Position numbers and translations under genes: made by a program. A DNA stretch of 62,921 nucleotides, filler included, from Asterionella formosa (Eukaryota), in the NCBI GenBank assembly GCA_002256025.1. It is 5 parts of 5 records of this genome, joined end to end, with 100 filler letters (N's around TTAATTAATTAA, not from the genome) between each part and the next. Parts side by side here need not be neighbours in the genome. Positions count along the whole stretch, not along the records: positions 1 to 28,580 come from NKIB01001184.1; positions 28,681 to 30,466 come from NKIB01001186.1; positions 30,567 to 32,354 come from NKIB01001187.1; positions 32,455 to 34,242 come from NKIB01001188.1; positions 34,343 to 62,921 come from NKIB01001189.1. One strand, written 5' to 3'. Positions 24,146 to 37,198 of this stretch are shown piece after piece. Numbering within the stretch: the stretch's first letter is position 1; the number at the start of each line of letters is the position of its first letter. Below the pieces are notes generated by a model. That model had not been told where the DNA came from. It ran no database searches and was given only the letters and a program-made list of their open reading frames with translations.

Positions 24146-25241
24146 TTCTGCTGTAGAAACACTGTCTATTTCCGTTTGGACATTCCTCAGACTACATCTC
24201 GCCTTCGGACTCCTGTCGACATCAACAGCCTAACAGACACACTCTGACAAGGTAATCATGGCCATAAATTTCCCGAATGATACGAAGATTGAGCGAAGAT
24301 TTTGCCGAAAGCTTTACGACATTTGACCTTCGCATTTCGGGCACGGTGATGACTCTCAGTTTTTAGGTGGCACCTGGAATCAAGATTCCGGTAATTTGTA
24401 CCATTCCAAACAAGGTCAGGATACCTGCACTACCAGGACTGGTACCAGGTACCAGGTACCAGGTAGGTACCTACCAGGTACTAAATGGTAGCTTCATTTA
24501 CCGCTCCTCCAGTACCTGGTACCAGGTACTTCTACCTGATACAGCTACCGGGACCGTATATATACCGGTAGTATTTCTGATGAGCACACTCTCGGGCCTC
24601 TAAGTCGTGTTCAACTTGCCGTTATTTTGCGGCTGAGATTGCGTACATCCACATTCATACAGGAGTCAGGGTGTCCAAGGTGCTCAGCTTTAGTGAGTCG
24701 TGAGACAGCACTGAACACGTAGCTAACAACTTGCACGAATTCGAATCCCTCCGGAGGATTCAACATTTATTTGCCTGCCGGCATGCTGAATCATACAGAT
24801 TCCATTTGATTCACATGAGAGCCCGATTCGCATTTGTTTCTCGCTAAAATACGGTACCGGCATCGGCTTACGTAGCTAGACAAGTAATGTGTACCGAGGC
24901 TGTACTGTACCAGGTAGTAAGGAGGAGCCAACTGCTGTGGTCCCGAATATTTTCTTCGTATGTACCAGGTACTTGGCGTATGTGCGTACCGGTAAATACC
25001 AGACAGCACAGGGAGAAAAAAGTACGGGACAAATTACAACTGACGAACCCTCGGAGTCGCGAGCGAATCTGCCAATCGAAATGGAGGAAGAATGGAAGGG
25101 AGGCGATGTCACATTATCGACACAAAACAATCAAGCCCATCACTTGAATAGGCACGACCACAATCAAAGCATTTCAAGTTTGTAAATGCTTTTATATCAT
25201 TATACTGTCCAAGAAAGACCGGCGAATCAATCAGCATCACC

Positions 25242-25934
25242 ATGGCCACTAAGAAGTTAACGCAATTCCTTACAAGTCCATCCAAAGTAGCAAGCGCTTT
25301 GGATTGGAAAAAGACTTCAGGATCCATTTTATCGCTTAAAATTGACCATGACTCGTTCGCAGTTAATGTTGCTCATCATCCATCCATGAAGGACGAGTGT
25401 CAGAGTTTTCAGCGTATCCCCATCAAGTACAAGGTCAAGAACAATCGAAAGGTCCTGGTTGAATCTGTGACTGACACTTTTCAGGACATTATTCAAGCGA
25501 ACAAAGTGTGTGGCTTTGTTGTGGACTGGCCCCTACAGAAGGAGGGCCGAATGGGGGCTTCTTGCGGCCGCGTCCTGCATATTCTTGACAGTCTACTTGA
25601 AGCACAAGTATTGTCTCCTAACCGAAAGTTCTGTCTTTGGGACAGCGAACATGTTCCTATGGAAGAGGAAGACCGTTGGGGTCGATGCTCAACCTACTCA
25701 CGTCACTGTGAACATGCGGAACCTGTCACCAGACGCGGCAACCATAACGATGCTACTTTGACCCCTGTCGCTGACCTTTGGCAGGACTTTTCTCAAACTC
25801 ATTGGCCCGCCTTGTACGGAAGAAAGGAACGCCCTTCTGCCGTTTTTCCGTCTAAACCAAGCGCCTACGATTGCGGGGCATGGCTTGATCACTACGAGAA
25901 AGAAGGAACTTCCCTTCAATCTTCTGCTCTCTGA
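25242..25934 (+). CDS. YqgF/RuvX-like RNase H-fold protein, probably catalytically degenerate
   Basis: ILSL.I......V.VAH, VCGFVVDWPLQKEGRMG and LWDS occur at YqgF-like spacing. Confidence 0.65.
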   Translation: MATKKLTQFLTSPSKVASALDWKKTSGSILSLKIDHDSFAVNVAHHPSMKDECQSFQRIPIKYKVKNNRKVLVESVTDTFQDIIQANKVCGFVVDWPLQKEGRMGASCGRVLHILDSLLEAQVLSPNRKFCLWDSEHVPMEEEDRWGRCSTYSRHCEHAEPVTRRGNHNDATLTPVADLWQDFSQTHWPALYGRKERPSAVFPSKPSAYDCGAWLDHYEKEGTSLQSSAL

Positions 25935-26048
25935 GAGGAGGAGCTACATCTGATAGAGGTTTCACACCACCATAGAAAATAAATAGACCATAGAGTGCTA
26001 CATATTACAATGACCGAAACTGCCATTCTTCAACACATCTCTATGCTC

Positions 26049-26235
26049 GGCCTTCCCTGTAGCTAACGAAAGGAAATCAACCCAAGTGTTAAAAAACCTG
26101 GACCTCTGATTTATAAAGCTTGGACGTCTCTCAGAATTTTCTTGGCCTTCCCTGAAGCTGAAGAAAGGAAATCAACCCAAGTGTTAAAAACCTGGGCTTC
26201 TGATCTATAAAGCTAGCACGAGTCGGAATTTTCTC
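26049..26235 (+). repeat. Tandem duplication of a ~95 bp unit
   Basis: ggccttccctg..gaaaggaaatcaacccaagtgttaaaaa(a)cctgg..tctgat.tataaagct occurs twice. Confidence 0.85.
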
Positions 26236-26718
26236 TTCAGTTGTCAATCCTTTCATAGCCGCTAATCTTAAAATCAGCTATTCTAAAATTGGCTGAGACG
26301 ACATAGGCATAGAAACGCAGAGGTGGTTTGCTTTCCTCGATACTGGCATTGAATCGAATGTCCGACCCTTTTCACTATAGCAGCAGTTCCCATGGTCAAG
26401 TCACTGCCCACTTCTGTAGAGTAGTCTTCCGAGAAGGTTGGATAACAAAAATGCGCACCATAGGTCAAAACGAAGTTGTAGACCTCTTATCTTGGATAAT
26501 CAAAGTCATGGCCAGTGGTGCACTTATAAGTACGTACTCCTACAGTCCCAAAACAGATTGTGATTTGCTGTTACAATTGTTGCACTTAAACGATTAAACA
26601 AGAAATTACGTGCTGCGTCATCACTGAAAACTCTTCAAAAATCCATGGTCGTCGGTCGATTCAGTACGCCAAAGAATTTTGACTCAAACAGAGTTCGATT
26701 TGAAATTTCATCAAAAAC

Positions 26719-27384
26719 TTAATATAGCTTTCGCCCTCTTGTTCGCTTCATACCCTTGTTAGACTTCTTTTCAAGCTTGGAACCCTTGCTCTTTGAGTCT
26801 TTCTCTTTCTTTTCTTTCTTAGCCTTGCTGGCTTTACCTTTACTGCCACTCTTAGAGGGTGCTGGGCCGCTCTTACTAGTATTGTCATATGGAGCAGGAG
26901 TAGGAGGTTCCATATAGCCAGTTGAGGGAGCGGGAGTGTCCTCCGTTGTTGCTACAGGAGCAGGAGTATCGACTGTGTTGGCGACAGGAGCAAGAGTGAC
27001 GGCCACAGGGGGTGAAGTAGCGGCTACAGGAGCAAGAGTGACGGCCACAGGGGGTGAAGTTGCGGCCACAGGAGGAGAAGTTACGGTTGACGACACAGGA
27101 GGAGAAGTTGCAGCCACAGGAGGTGAAGTTACATCAGCACTGCTGCTCACAGGTGGTTCGGATGTCAGTCCAACAGGGGCTAGGGATGCAGTGACAGGGG
27201 GAGTGGTGGTCCCCGAAACAGGGGCTGGTGATGCTGCGACAGGTGGGGTGGTCCCCAAATCTTGACTAGGGGCTACAGGTGGTTCGGTTAAAGTGTATAA
27301 AACAGCCGCAACAGGGGAAGTAGTAAGGCCATCGATACCAGTTACTGCAACAATCAGTGAAGAGAAAATGAAAAACTTGAACAT
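26719..27384 (-). CDS. Secreted Thr/Pro-repeat protein with a Lys/Ser-rich C-terminus (silaffin/cingulin-like)
   Basis: Signal peptide MFKFFIFSSLIVAVTG, repeated TSPPVAA/TLAPVAA units, KxxK-dense tail, terminal RKL. Confidence 0.75.
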   Translation of the reverse strand: MFKFFIFSSLIVAVTGIDGLTTSPVAAVLYTLTEPPVAPSQDLGTTPPVAASPAPVSGTTTPPVTASLAPVGLTSEPPVSSSADVTSPPVAATSPPVSSTVTSPPVAATSPPVAVTLAPVAATSPPVAVTLAPVANTVDTPAPVATTEDTPAPSTGYMEPPTPAPYDNTSKSGPAPSKSGSKGKASKAKKEKKEKDSKSKGSKLEKKSNKGMKRTRGRKLY

Positions 27385-28580
27385 TGTAACTGAAGATCCA
27401 TACATAGCGAAGGGGAAGGCGCAACGCGTTAGAAAAGGTGTGTCAAAGTTGCCGGATCAGTGATGCTTACGAGAACTACCACGTGCTTGTGTCTTTCCGG
27501 TCCGAGGGAACAAACTAGCCCTTCCGGCCTCCTCACTCCCTCCTTTCATCAACCGGGCACATTGTTGATTCAACTCTCACATCCCTGACATCCGTCGCTC
27601 AATGAACGCCTGTAGTCGTCATCTCGTAACTTACTATCTTAATTCGTCACCTCAAGAAGGGTATCAATAAAATGGAGGTTGTGATACAGGTTTTACAAAA
27701 TTCTTAGTTCATCACAGTCTTGTTCTTATATACCTGCGCACCTTTTGCTACAGGGACTGGCCGTATCTAGTAGCAATTGCTGTTAGTTTCGTTACTTTCT
27801 TCTGAGTGATGCTATTGCTAAGGAGCATTGGTACAAAAAATCAAAAAAATTTAAGTTTAAATGCAAGATCGATGTGACAAAATAAACCACTAAATTTGAT
27901 AGTGACTTAATGACATCCTCATAACTGAATATAATTAATAAAACTCCTGTCATTCATGTATTGATTCAAATCACACTTTTATCCACGACAAAAGAAGGAG
28001 GCCCGCTTGTCCCACATATAACCAAGGCGAATCTTGCTTGTTTATCGGACTCAACGAACGGCTGGCTTAAAAAGGACAATGTCGTATGAACGATTTCTTA
28101 CATGAGGAAATATAGGTTGTTGAACGATTTAAACACAAGAGCCAAATTTTAGTATCCACGACAATTCGCCTATATTCCAAGCATGCCGAAACTTGGCTTG
28201 CTTGTTACATTATTGATTACGGCGGGTTTTACCCGATCGCGAACTTCTCTCAAGACGTTGCTGTTACCGGTAGCGTTTCCTAGTACCAGGTACAAATACC
28301 TGGTAGACAACCGGTACCTGGTGAGCGATCTTGCGCATCAATACAGATGTATATAGGGTTAGTGTTGTATCACATATGTATCAGAACTCTATAATGAGAG
28401 AACTCGACTAACCCTCATTGTATACTTTGGTGTCAACTTAGAGAACAAGTTAAACACAAGGATTAACAAATAAGCTCATATATTCAACAAATACTACTAC
28501 TTCTAGTTAGATACTTCACTTTGAATTCAAAAAGAGTCCAATTAGAATTAATATTGTTGATGTCCTCTCAAGTTCCAGTG

Positions 28581-31500
28581 NNNNNNNNNNNNNNNNNNNN
28601 NNNNNNNNNNNNNNNNNNNNNNNNTTAATTAATTAANNNNNNNNNNNNNNNNNNNNNNNNNNNNNNNNNNNNNNNNNNNNTTTTTATTTTTGACATGCCA
28701 AAAATAGCTAATATCAGACTTTTCTCTTTTATTATTGTTTCATTCTTTGATTTTAAAGCATCAGCGGCCCGTTTAACTTGACTCCTGTACATTGTTATCG
28801 TCATGTCCGGTAAAGGAATAAAAAGAAGCGATTATTCGCTCTACAATTGATAACTTGTCTCAGAAGAAGTACCGCAACAGTAGTAACCAGGATGAAAAGA
28901 CTCGGAAATAAAGCCTTCCTATTCATGTCAAAGCAACAAAGCAGGCGTTTCGTTACTCCTGCAACGAAATTGTCTCATGAGTACGAAGAGTTTGTAACAA
29001 ATACAACTGCTTCAACAAAGCAGCGAGATCATCACCAAGATTCAGATTCTAACAATGATGATATTTTGTCAGAACTGTCCTCTCCTGGTAACAAGAAGGT
29101 GCCGCCTTTTTATCCACCCATTCAAGGAAGGAGTGACAATTCACCAGTCACTGATAATCCAAAGACAAATAGTATGGACTTACATCTCGATAATGGCGAC
29201 AATCTCAAATAGTATATATCACAGTTCCGCCTAAGTCGTGAAACAGTAATTGCTCAGAAGCATCATTATCAGTTGTTGTTTTATGTTCAACAACTTCATA
29301 ATAAGATTGACCTATTGGAACGTAAAATCTCCCTGAATAACTTGTCTATCAGTGGATACAAAGATTCCAGCCTTGCCTTTACTGTTTATACAAGAAGAAG
29401 GGATATAGTTGCATCGATAACTTCCTCTCATGCAACCGAATTCGTTGGTGAAATATTTCATACTAGAAAATTTTGTCACACCCAGGTAAGTTCATGTAAA
29501 CATTTAAATCTCCTTGAATCACCTTGTTTTTGATATCGTTACCAACCATTCCTGCTGAAACATGTGTGCCAGCAAGTAGTATTGGAATATCAAGTCCAAC
29601 AAGTCATTGGTATGCACGATTGTGCATTTCGTTCTTGCTGAAACGTCATCCCAAAATCACTCTTGCCGTTAAGGATTATTCTGAATTGGCAGAATGCAAT
29701 TGCATATGGAATGGTGTTGAAGAATTTTCTCATAGGGGAACCGATTTCCTATCAGTAAGAAGTGCTAAGGAAAGAAAAGAGTACTTTGACCATACGTTTG
29801 GAGGAATGTGCATTAAGCGTATTCATTACTTCCAATTGACATTGAACCATTTCATTCGTTCAGTTTTGAGTAAGTTTATTTGGATTGTTTTGATTGGCGG
29901 ATCTGCAAAGGGACACAATAACCTTATTGTAAACAGTTCATGCCGAGTCAATGGGTTGACGTTTTGCTGGACTGATTTAACACTGAAGTACTACAGAGAG
30001 CTTCTTGTTGATATTTGAACAACAGAACGTAATCGAAAAGGAACAAGTATCAAACAGTGAGGGTAAGCCCAACATTGAAGGTAGGCAAGAATATTTTCGT
30101 TTTCAAGAATTTACTACGCATGATTGGGATGATCCCATACCTTTGGATGCATCCAAGATCGTAAATTCTACCAACCTCCTTGACTTTGAAGAAAGAGGAT
30201 GAGGAACTTGGCGATAGTAGTAGTTGGCGGCCATTCAAACATTTCACAAAATAGAAAGATGTTATCTTATAAATAGTAATGAATAGCGTTCAATTACATA
30301 TAAAACATTCCTTATCTGAACCTTCAATCAAAAATTTCATAAATTAGTCCATCCTGTTCCATCATGTTGCACTAAGAACGAGGAAAACTTTTGACTTTGA
30401 CCACAACAGTGCCTCCAACCAAAAACCCAGAAACTGAACAAGAACTTAGACGGTCTGAATGGCTGGNNNNNNNNNNNNNNNNNNNNNNNNNNNNNNNNNN
30501 NNNNNNNNNNTTAATTAATTAANNNNNNNNNNNNNNNNNNNNNNNNNNNNNNNNNNNNNNNNNNNNCCAGATAAACCCGGGAAGGGGGAATACAATAAGA
30601 CATAGTAATCGAATGCGCAAAGGGACTATAATACATCTATCGTACCCTCCTCAGAACATTGTAAAACCGGCAGCGTAGATATTCAATTTTTTTCTGATTC
30701 CGAGGCACTGAGCTAACGGAGATGGGAGTTTGTGAAGAGTTATTGCATATTTCACGATGATGAAGTATTCCTTGCACCACTTCCTGTTTTACTTAACATC
30801 TGCATTTGATTCAACAACAGCTGGTTGTTGCAATTATTTTTCCAAACTCTGGTATTGGTTGCAGGGAGCAAGCAGATTCAGTGGCTTTCGCATCGATTCT
30901 GAAGCAATTTAAGCATCACAGTTTTCAAGTTTGTAATCTTAGCAACAATACAAAGAAGCTAGCACATGCAGTTGTTCTGCTCTGGTTTGAGATTCAATAT
31001 TCCATGTCATCCTATAAAACATTGAACTCAAGACTGAATTAGTTGGATGTTTCAAATAATTCATTTCAAAGCTCAACTACTGACATCATTACTTTAGTGA
31101 ACAATTCATTTGCAATGCAAAGCATCTTCATTAATGAAAAGTAACAATGAATGTGGTGTCTACTTTCATGCATAGATGATCAAAGTTTTAAATTTGTGCA
31201 CATCACGACATAAATAACATTCTTTTTCCTGGTAAACAAGCTCACTCACTCTTCCCAGTTTTCATGTACTGTTTCTCATTCATACATTGAATTCAAGACA
31301 GAATTATTTGATGTTACAAGTAATTACTTTATAAGTTCACAATGTACAATATATCGGACTAAAGCGACTACTATCAAGTTAGTAACTACAGATGATCAAA
31401 GTTTTACAGTTGCTACGTGCACAATACAATTATTATTCCTCAAAACACAGCAATGTCTGCTGATGAGGATGCTTTTGTTTGCCACATATGTGCCAAGGTC

Positions 31501-34342
31501 CATTCAAATTACATTGCATTCACTAGTATATGGAATCTCCTCGTTGCAGAAAGCTGCTGATTTGCCAAGAAAGGCAGCAGGCCGTGTCAATGGTGCTGAC
31601 AACAACACTAAGATTTCAAGACATGAATGGCTGATTCGCCACAATTTTCGGTGTCCCGTCCTTCCATTCTACATCCTCCGCCGGGAACACAACGTTGTCT
31701 CAGGAAATCACTACTTCATCATACACACATGAAGCAATGTTGTTGCCAGGACATCCGTGCAGGTCATAATATTCCAATAGAGTGTCTTTATGGACATCAG
31801 GAGGGTGTGTTGAGATTCATCTTGTTGATGCTACTAGTAGTAAAATCATTCAGGGAAAAAATTCAATCCAGACCACAATGTTCAGTTTATGATTGTGGCT
31901 CAAATTCTTAGCATTGCTATCGATTAGCTAGTATTACTATTGTTACTAGCAGTAGTAATTCTTTCACCAATATCTGTTCAACATTCCAGCATCTTCATTA
32001 ATTCCGTCTGCGCGGCCATTAAGCGATCCAACCATATTGCGACTGCAGCATTCAATGTTGGACCAAGGCCTTGTGCTTCAAGCTATGCTGCCATTTGATC
32101 AATTTTTATTTTCATCAAAACCTCATCTTGTAGCATTTCTTCCAAGAAAGCACTTTCAGCATCAGTAGCATCATTTGCAGCTGCTCTGAAATCAAGTTTC
32201 ACAATTTTTAATACTCATAGAATGAACCTTCTCAGTTTCACGGCTAACGTGCAGGATCTGATCATACACATTGACAAAAGCTTTCATGCCATTGCGACTG
32301 TAACAAAGAAAGCTTGCTACTTCAGCATACTATCACTGTATAGTTGCTGAGCATNNNNNNNNNNNNNNNNNNNNNNNNNNNNNNNNNNNNNNNNNNNNTT
32401 AATTAATTAANNNNNNNNNNNNNNNNNNNNNNNNNNNNNNNNNNNNNNNNNNNNGTATGCTCACACTCTTCGTCGATCAGCTCAATGTAATCCTAACGGT
32501 ACATGCCGGAAAATACAGAAAAGAAGTCTTCAATTAGAAGTCATAAACTAGTGATATGCAATCTTAACCGAGTAGGTGATGGATCAAGTTCCTTTTCTTG
32601 GTGAGCGAGGAGGTATCGCTGGAAACCGAACCAATCTCCCGTGATGACAACAAGTTCACCAGTGCCCAGCCGGTAACTTCAAGGAACCGGAGAATCAGCA
32701 CCAAGTTGCGGTCGTTTTGCCGAAAGTGGAACGCGGCGCAGGACAGGCGCTTAAGTTCTGCAAAATAAATAGAGAACGTCATCAATTCACGCTTCGAAAT
32801 CGACTGTGTCACACGACTTGGTGACGAAGGAATTATGCCCCTTAATTTGTCCAAAAAGATCTGTAGAAATGATTATGTTAGGTCGAAAGCTATGTACCAT
32901 TTGATCAAGCAGTCCAAATGTTAGATCAAAAGGTCAATTAACTTCATCAAACAATTGCTATAATCAGATCGTAAGTTGGATAGTAACTTGATAAAAAAAG
33001 GAATTGTTCTGTATTAACAATCATGCCATTGTTGGAATGATAAATTTAGAGTGTCTTGATAAATGAATAGATTGAATGTATAATACTAAGGGAAGACTAC
33101 CTGATGCAACAACAAAAACTGTTTGATAAAATAACAGTATGTATGTATAATCATGCATACATGTGTTTATGATCAAACACGCAAAAAGCTATCTTTTGGG
33201 GCAGTTGACAATTAAGCAAAAGTGTTAGGCCTAACGCATTTTTCATTCACAGACAATACAGTTATTAATATCTTTGAATGATACTAGCGAACACATTCCA
33301 GGATACCAAACTGTGAGTAGCATCTTGATCATGTAAACAAGCTACTTCGAAGCAATCATCTGAGGAAATAAATGTCAGTAGCAATGACCATTTCCAATGG
33401 TTTTTGTGTTATCAGATCCTCACTTCTATTACCAGGTACCACATTTTTTCGTTTTACCACCAAACAATTTTTCTAACCACTTCTCCACTTCTTTTATGTC
33501 TTCGACTTTTCTTGTACCACTTCTCCACATGTCTTATACCAAATCGCTCAAGTTACTTTGGCTTGAAAATCAGGCGCGACCCTTGTCATCCCCACAATCA
33601 CTCCCAGATGATAACGTAGTAAGTAAGCAATAGATATTATGACATCTGTCTTATTTAGAATGATTGTCCTGTACATACCTGATGGGGGGATACATTGATA
33701 ACATTCAAACATCTGCTATCAGCATGTATGGAGCTATATGATAGACTATATTACCGATTTAAGGTATCTGGCTGGCAAACTGTAACACAGCCAGTACATA
33801 ATGAAAACGTATACAGAATGGATACATGAGTTTGTATCATCTTAAAACAAATATACATATAGATATATATTGCATATAGTATCATAGTTTCAACATCAAC
33901 GGAACATTGAATTTTCCGGTTTACAATCCCAACTTTCCTCTATTTTTCTTAGTACTTAGCCTACATCAGCAGTCTGTCGCGCTGCTGCTGACACCCTCCT
34001 CCTCAGTCACCATGTCGTTTTTGGACACTGCCGCTTCTTTCGCTTACCCCTCCTCCACTCTTTTTCATGCTCAAAATTCACGGTTAGACCTGCTGGTCAC
34101 TCCAGAGCAAAAATTAGTCAAATCCACCTGTTCCTTCCTAAGGAAACGACTTTCGCCTACTTTGCGCGCCTCTGACAGCACATTTGTCAAACGAGTCTAC
34201 GGACTAACCTACACGCTGCTTCTGATCCTCCTCCTGTGCGCCNNNNNNNNNNNNNNNNNNNNNNNNNNNNNNNNNNNNNNNNNNNNTTAATTAATTAANN
34301 NNNNNNNNNNNNNNNNNNNNNNNNNNNNNNNNNNNNNNNNNN
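28581..34342. other. Four assembly linkers N44-TTAATTAATTAA-N44 (28581-28680, 30467-30566, 32355-32454, 34243-34342) joining contigs of 1786, 1788 and 1788 bp
   Basis: Identical 100-nt spacers containing a six-frame stop cassette. Confidence 0.97.
28804..30202 (+). pseudogene. Degenerate member of an unknown multicopy gene family (homolog of 58845-60508)
   Basis: Shared motifs ELA..WNG, TFG.MCI and ST..DF, plus a GTAAG donor at the same position; stops and frameshifts. Confidence 0.6.
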
Positions 34343-35769
34343 GAGTTGATGTGCATGCGATGTAGCGTGGCACTCCAATCCATTATTTCATGCGTCGTCG
34401 CATAAGAGATGGGAAGGGAGATTTGGTTTGGTACCATCTTCGCGGTGTATAGGAAGCTCAAAAAATACTCTGCAGATGCGTACACTTGTTTGCGGATCGC
34501 TGCCTTCTCGTCGTCGGTTTGGGTGGTGCTAAGATTCGCCTGGTTTTCCGCGAATGTTTTGGCTGCAAGGCGAGCGAGGAAAAAGAGTTCAGCTGGGTCA
34601 TCGGTGGAACTGGAGGTGAGGACGTTGAACAGGAAAGGCGGGACTTGGACAAGATGGTTGATGTTGGTGTTCATCACGGTAGTCGCCGTGAGGTGCAAGG
34701 TGCTGAGTTGTTCCGGAGTGGTGGCATGATCATGTAAGGCGTCGTAGTTGGGAATGGTGGTTGTGATGGCTGCGAGAGCGTGTCTGGCTTCGAAAACCAC
34801 TGGTTGGGCGATGGATCCCAATCCAAGGAGAGCTACGTAGGCCGGCTCCGATTTACCCCAATTGTTGCCTGTGAGGACGCTCAGATTGTGGCAAAAATGG
34901 ACTTTATGGTCGAGAGGGCCAATCATGGCATGGAATTTATAGAGGGTGTTAGTGAGGAGGGTTTGACGGGTTTCTGGCGTGGTTGCGTGCTCAAGCGAGG
35001 TTGCAAAGTGGTGGAACTCGGTCAATAGATCGTTTCGAGCGGCGAGAGTATCCGTAAAATAGTTCTTCCAGGCGTTTGCGAGAATCATGTTGTTGCTAGA
35101 GATGTTGTTTATTGATTTTAGACTATAAATTGCGAAAGGCTTGGCGATGCTTTAGACTGCTTCTCTGAATCGTTATTCAAAGAATTGTGTGCTTCACCCT
35201 TGCACTAATTCACTTGTTTAACCTTGTATGGTTGCTCTTGTCTTCCCTTGTCTTAGCTGCCGACTCTTGGTTGTTCGATTCAACTCTAAAAGCTAGAACT
35301 TAATAGTCGCGTTGTCGCTATATTGAATTCTCAGCTTTGACTCCTTCGATTCGCCTCGCGTGGTTTGTATCATCCGGTGCTCGCCTGATATACTAACTCC
35401 ATCGCGTCGGTCCTTGTCCGTAATATCAACTTTCGAGTGGGCACGCCATCACTTTTGCTCTATGTATAAATATGATCATTTTGGCAGACTAAACAAAATA
35501 TTTTTCATGCGGCAGACAAAGTAAACTTTACTCGAATCGAGCAATGACCCAACGTAAATTGCTTTACGACTCGATTCGAGTACCGGTAAAGTTTACTTTA
35601 TCTGCCAAATCAAAACATTTTGCTATACCTGCCAAAATGATCATATTTAGAGCTTGAAATCTTATTCAAAATCACGCCGCAAATCATAAACACCCCATCA
35701 CCACATGAGGTACGTAGGCCCCCAGGGCAGTACTGGAGCGCGCTAGAGTAGGTGCCATGTATTTCAACA
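34343..35769 (-). mobile_element. 5' part of an unclassified repeated element with an ORF1/gag-like ORF (35088 to the contig end); probable retroelement
   Basis: ORF and ~330 bp leader are clearly homologous to 45160-46048; both copies start with TGTT(G/A)AAAT on the minus strand. Confidence 0.65.
35467..35649. mobile_element. 183 bp foldback/MITE-like hairpin inside the element leader
   Basis: Perfect 21 bp terminal IR (taaatatgatcattttggcag / ctgccaaaatgatcatattta) plus a ~31 bp inner IR; absent from the 46 kb copy. Confidence 0.8.
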
Positions 35770-36544
35770 TCCTACCAAAAAAGTCGTGGTGAGTGGCTGG
35801 AGAATCCTTCATTATGTTGTCTCAGCCTTGACCATGACGAAAATAGCGATTATCTCAACAAACATCAAGAATGACACTTTCTTATTTCACACATCTATCA
35901 AGCAAGACATAGACAGTATAATCATAAAAGAATTATTCTTATGACACTAATATTGACAACTAAAATTGAAGTTGCCAATGAATCATTTTTCACCTAATTT
36001 AGAAATGCACAGGTTTTAAAATGATGATGATGTGAGCAGATTTGAAAATATTTGCTAGATATTAAGTCAATCAAGTGATCACTAATTCCCTTGACTAGCT
36101 AATCCATTGTGCACTTTTGGACACTTTTGTGCAATGAAGAGGTATTTTTTCTCACTAAATTTCTGGCAGGTCATCATGATGAAGTTTGACAATACTGTTG
36201 TGCTGAGCGAGTGAAAAGCCATGGTCTCAGGAAAAGGTCTGCTACCCATCCAACAAGTGGAGCCACTGTTACTCCACAATTTCCATCAATGGCTAGATAA
36301 GGTGAATAGAGCCAACAAGGAACTAGTATCTTTGACATATTTTGTTTGTTTGCAGAACCTAGTGATCAACTCCTTGTGGGGTGATCTCTTGCAGGCCTCC
36401 CACCTGATGCAGTTGATTTTGCTGTTCTCCCGCCACATTTCATTCATGGTATAGAAAATGAAGACATCAAGCTGGCATAAAAGATATTTGGTTGCATCAT
36501 TGTGTGCTTGTATGTACGAGGAGAGACAAATGGGGATATAGTTT

Positions 36545-36901
36545 GTCTGCAAAGAAAAACCATCATATTCCTATGATGCATCATAGAATCATGATCATCA
36601 GATCATAATTTTTCGTTATATCATCTAATTATTTTGATAAATGCCCTCGTAATTTAAATAGTAACCTTTTTGAATATGGAAATTTAATTATTATGTGTAT
36701 TGTTTCTTTAAGGTTCCATTATTTAAAATTCTTGGTAGGATAACAATACATATAATAATTAAATATATTTATTCAAAAGGGTTACCATTTAAATTACAAG
36801 GGCATTTATCAAAATTATTAGATGATATAACGAAAAATTATGATTAGATGATCACAATCCTATGATGCATCATGGAAATATGATAGTTTTTATTTGCAGA
36901 C
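36545..36901. mobile_element. 357 bp foldback/MITE with ~155 bp inverted arms, flanked by AGTTT direct repeats
   Basis: gtctgcaaagaaaaaccatcat... / ...atgatagtttttatttgcagac; AGTTT at 36540-36544 and 36902-36906. Confidence 0.85.
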
Positions 36902-37000
36902 AGTTTCCTTGAATTTTTTCTTTAATCTACAGTCCCTACATTCCTATGCTGCTGAAAGTACAAGTTTAATGACTTTTAAAGGTTTCGTCAGTGCAGCACA

Positions 37001-37198
37001 TCTACAAATAAAAACCATCATATTCCTATGATGCATCATAGGATTATGATCATCTGATCATATTTTTTCGTCTTATCATCTAATTATATTGTTAAATGCC
37101 CTCGTAATTTGAATAGTAACCCTTTTGACTCTGGAAATTTAATAATTGTTTTTTTTGTTTCTTTTATGTTCCATTATTTAAAATTCTTGGTAGGATAA
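37001..37198 (+). repeat. Third, direct copy of the foldback left arm plus loop
   Basis: Near-identical to 36545-36742. Confidence 0.85.

Noticed and set aside
26936..27265. Antisense ORF with VAATGGE repeats
   Set aside because: Shadow frame of the repetitive secreted protein on the minus strand
30567..34242. Short ORFs in the small central contigs
   Set aside because: Fragmented with stops and no recognisable domains; no product can be supported
28581..34342. Regularly spaced (~1887 bp) palindromic TTAATTAATTAA repeats resembling an array at the window centre
   Set aside because: Each sits within N44 pads and is a six-frame-stop contig linker. The equal spacing reflects similar-length contigs placed together, so adjacency across the linkers is not biological.
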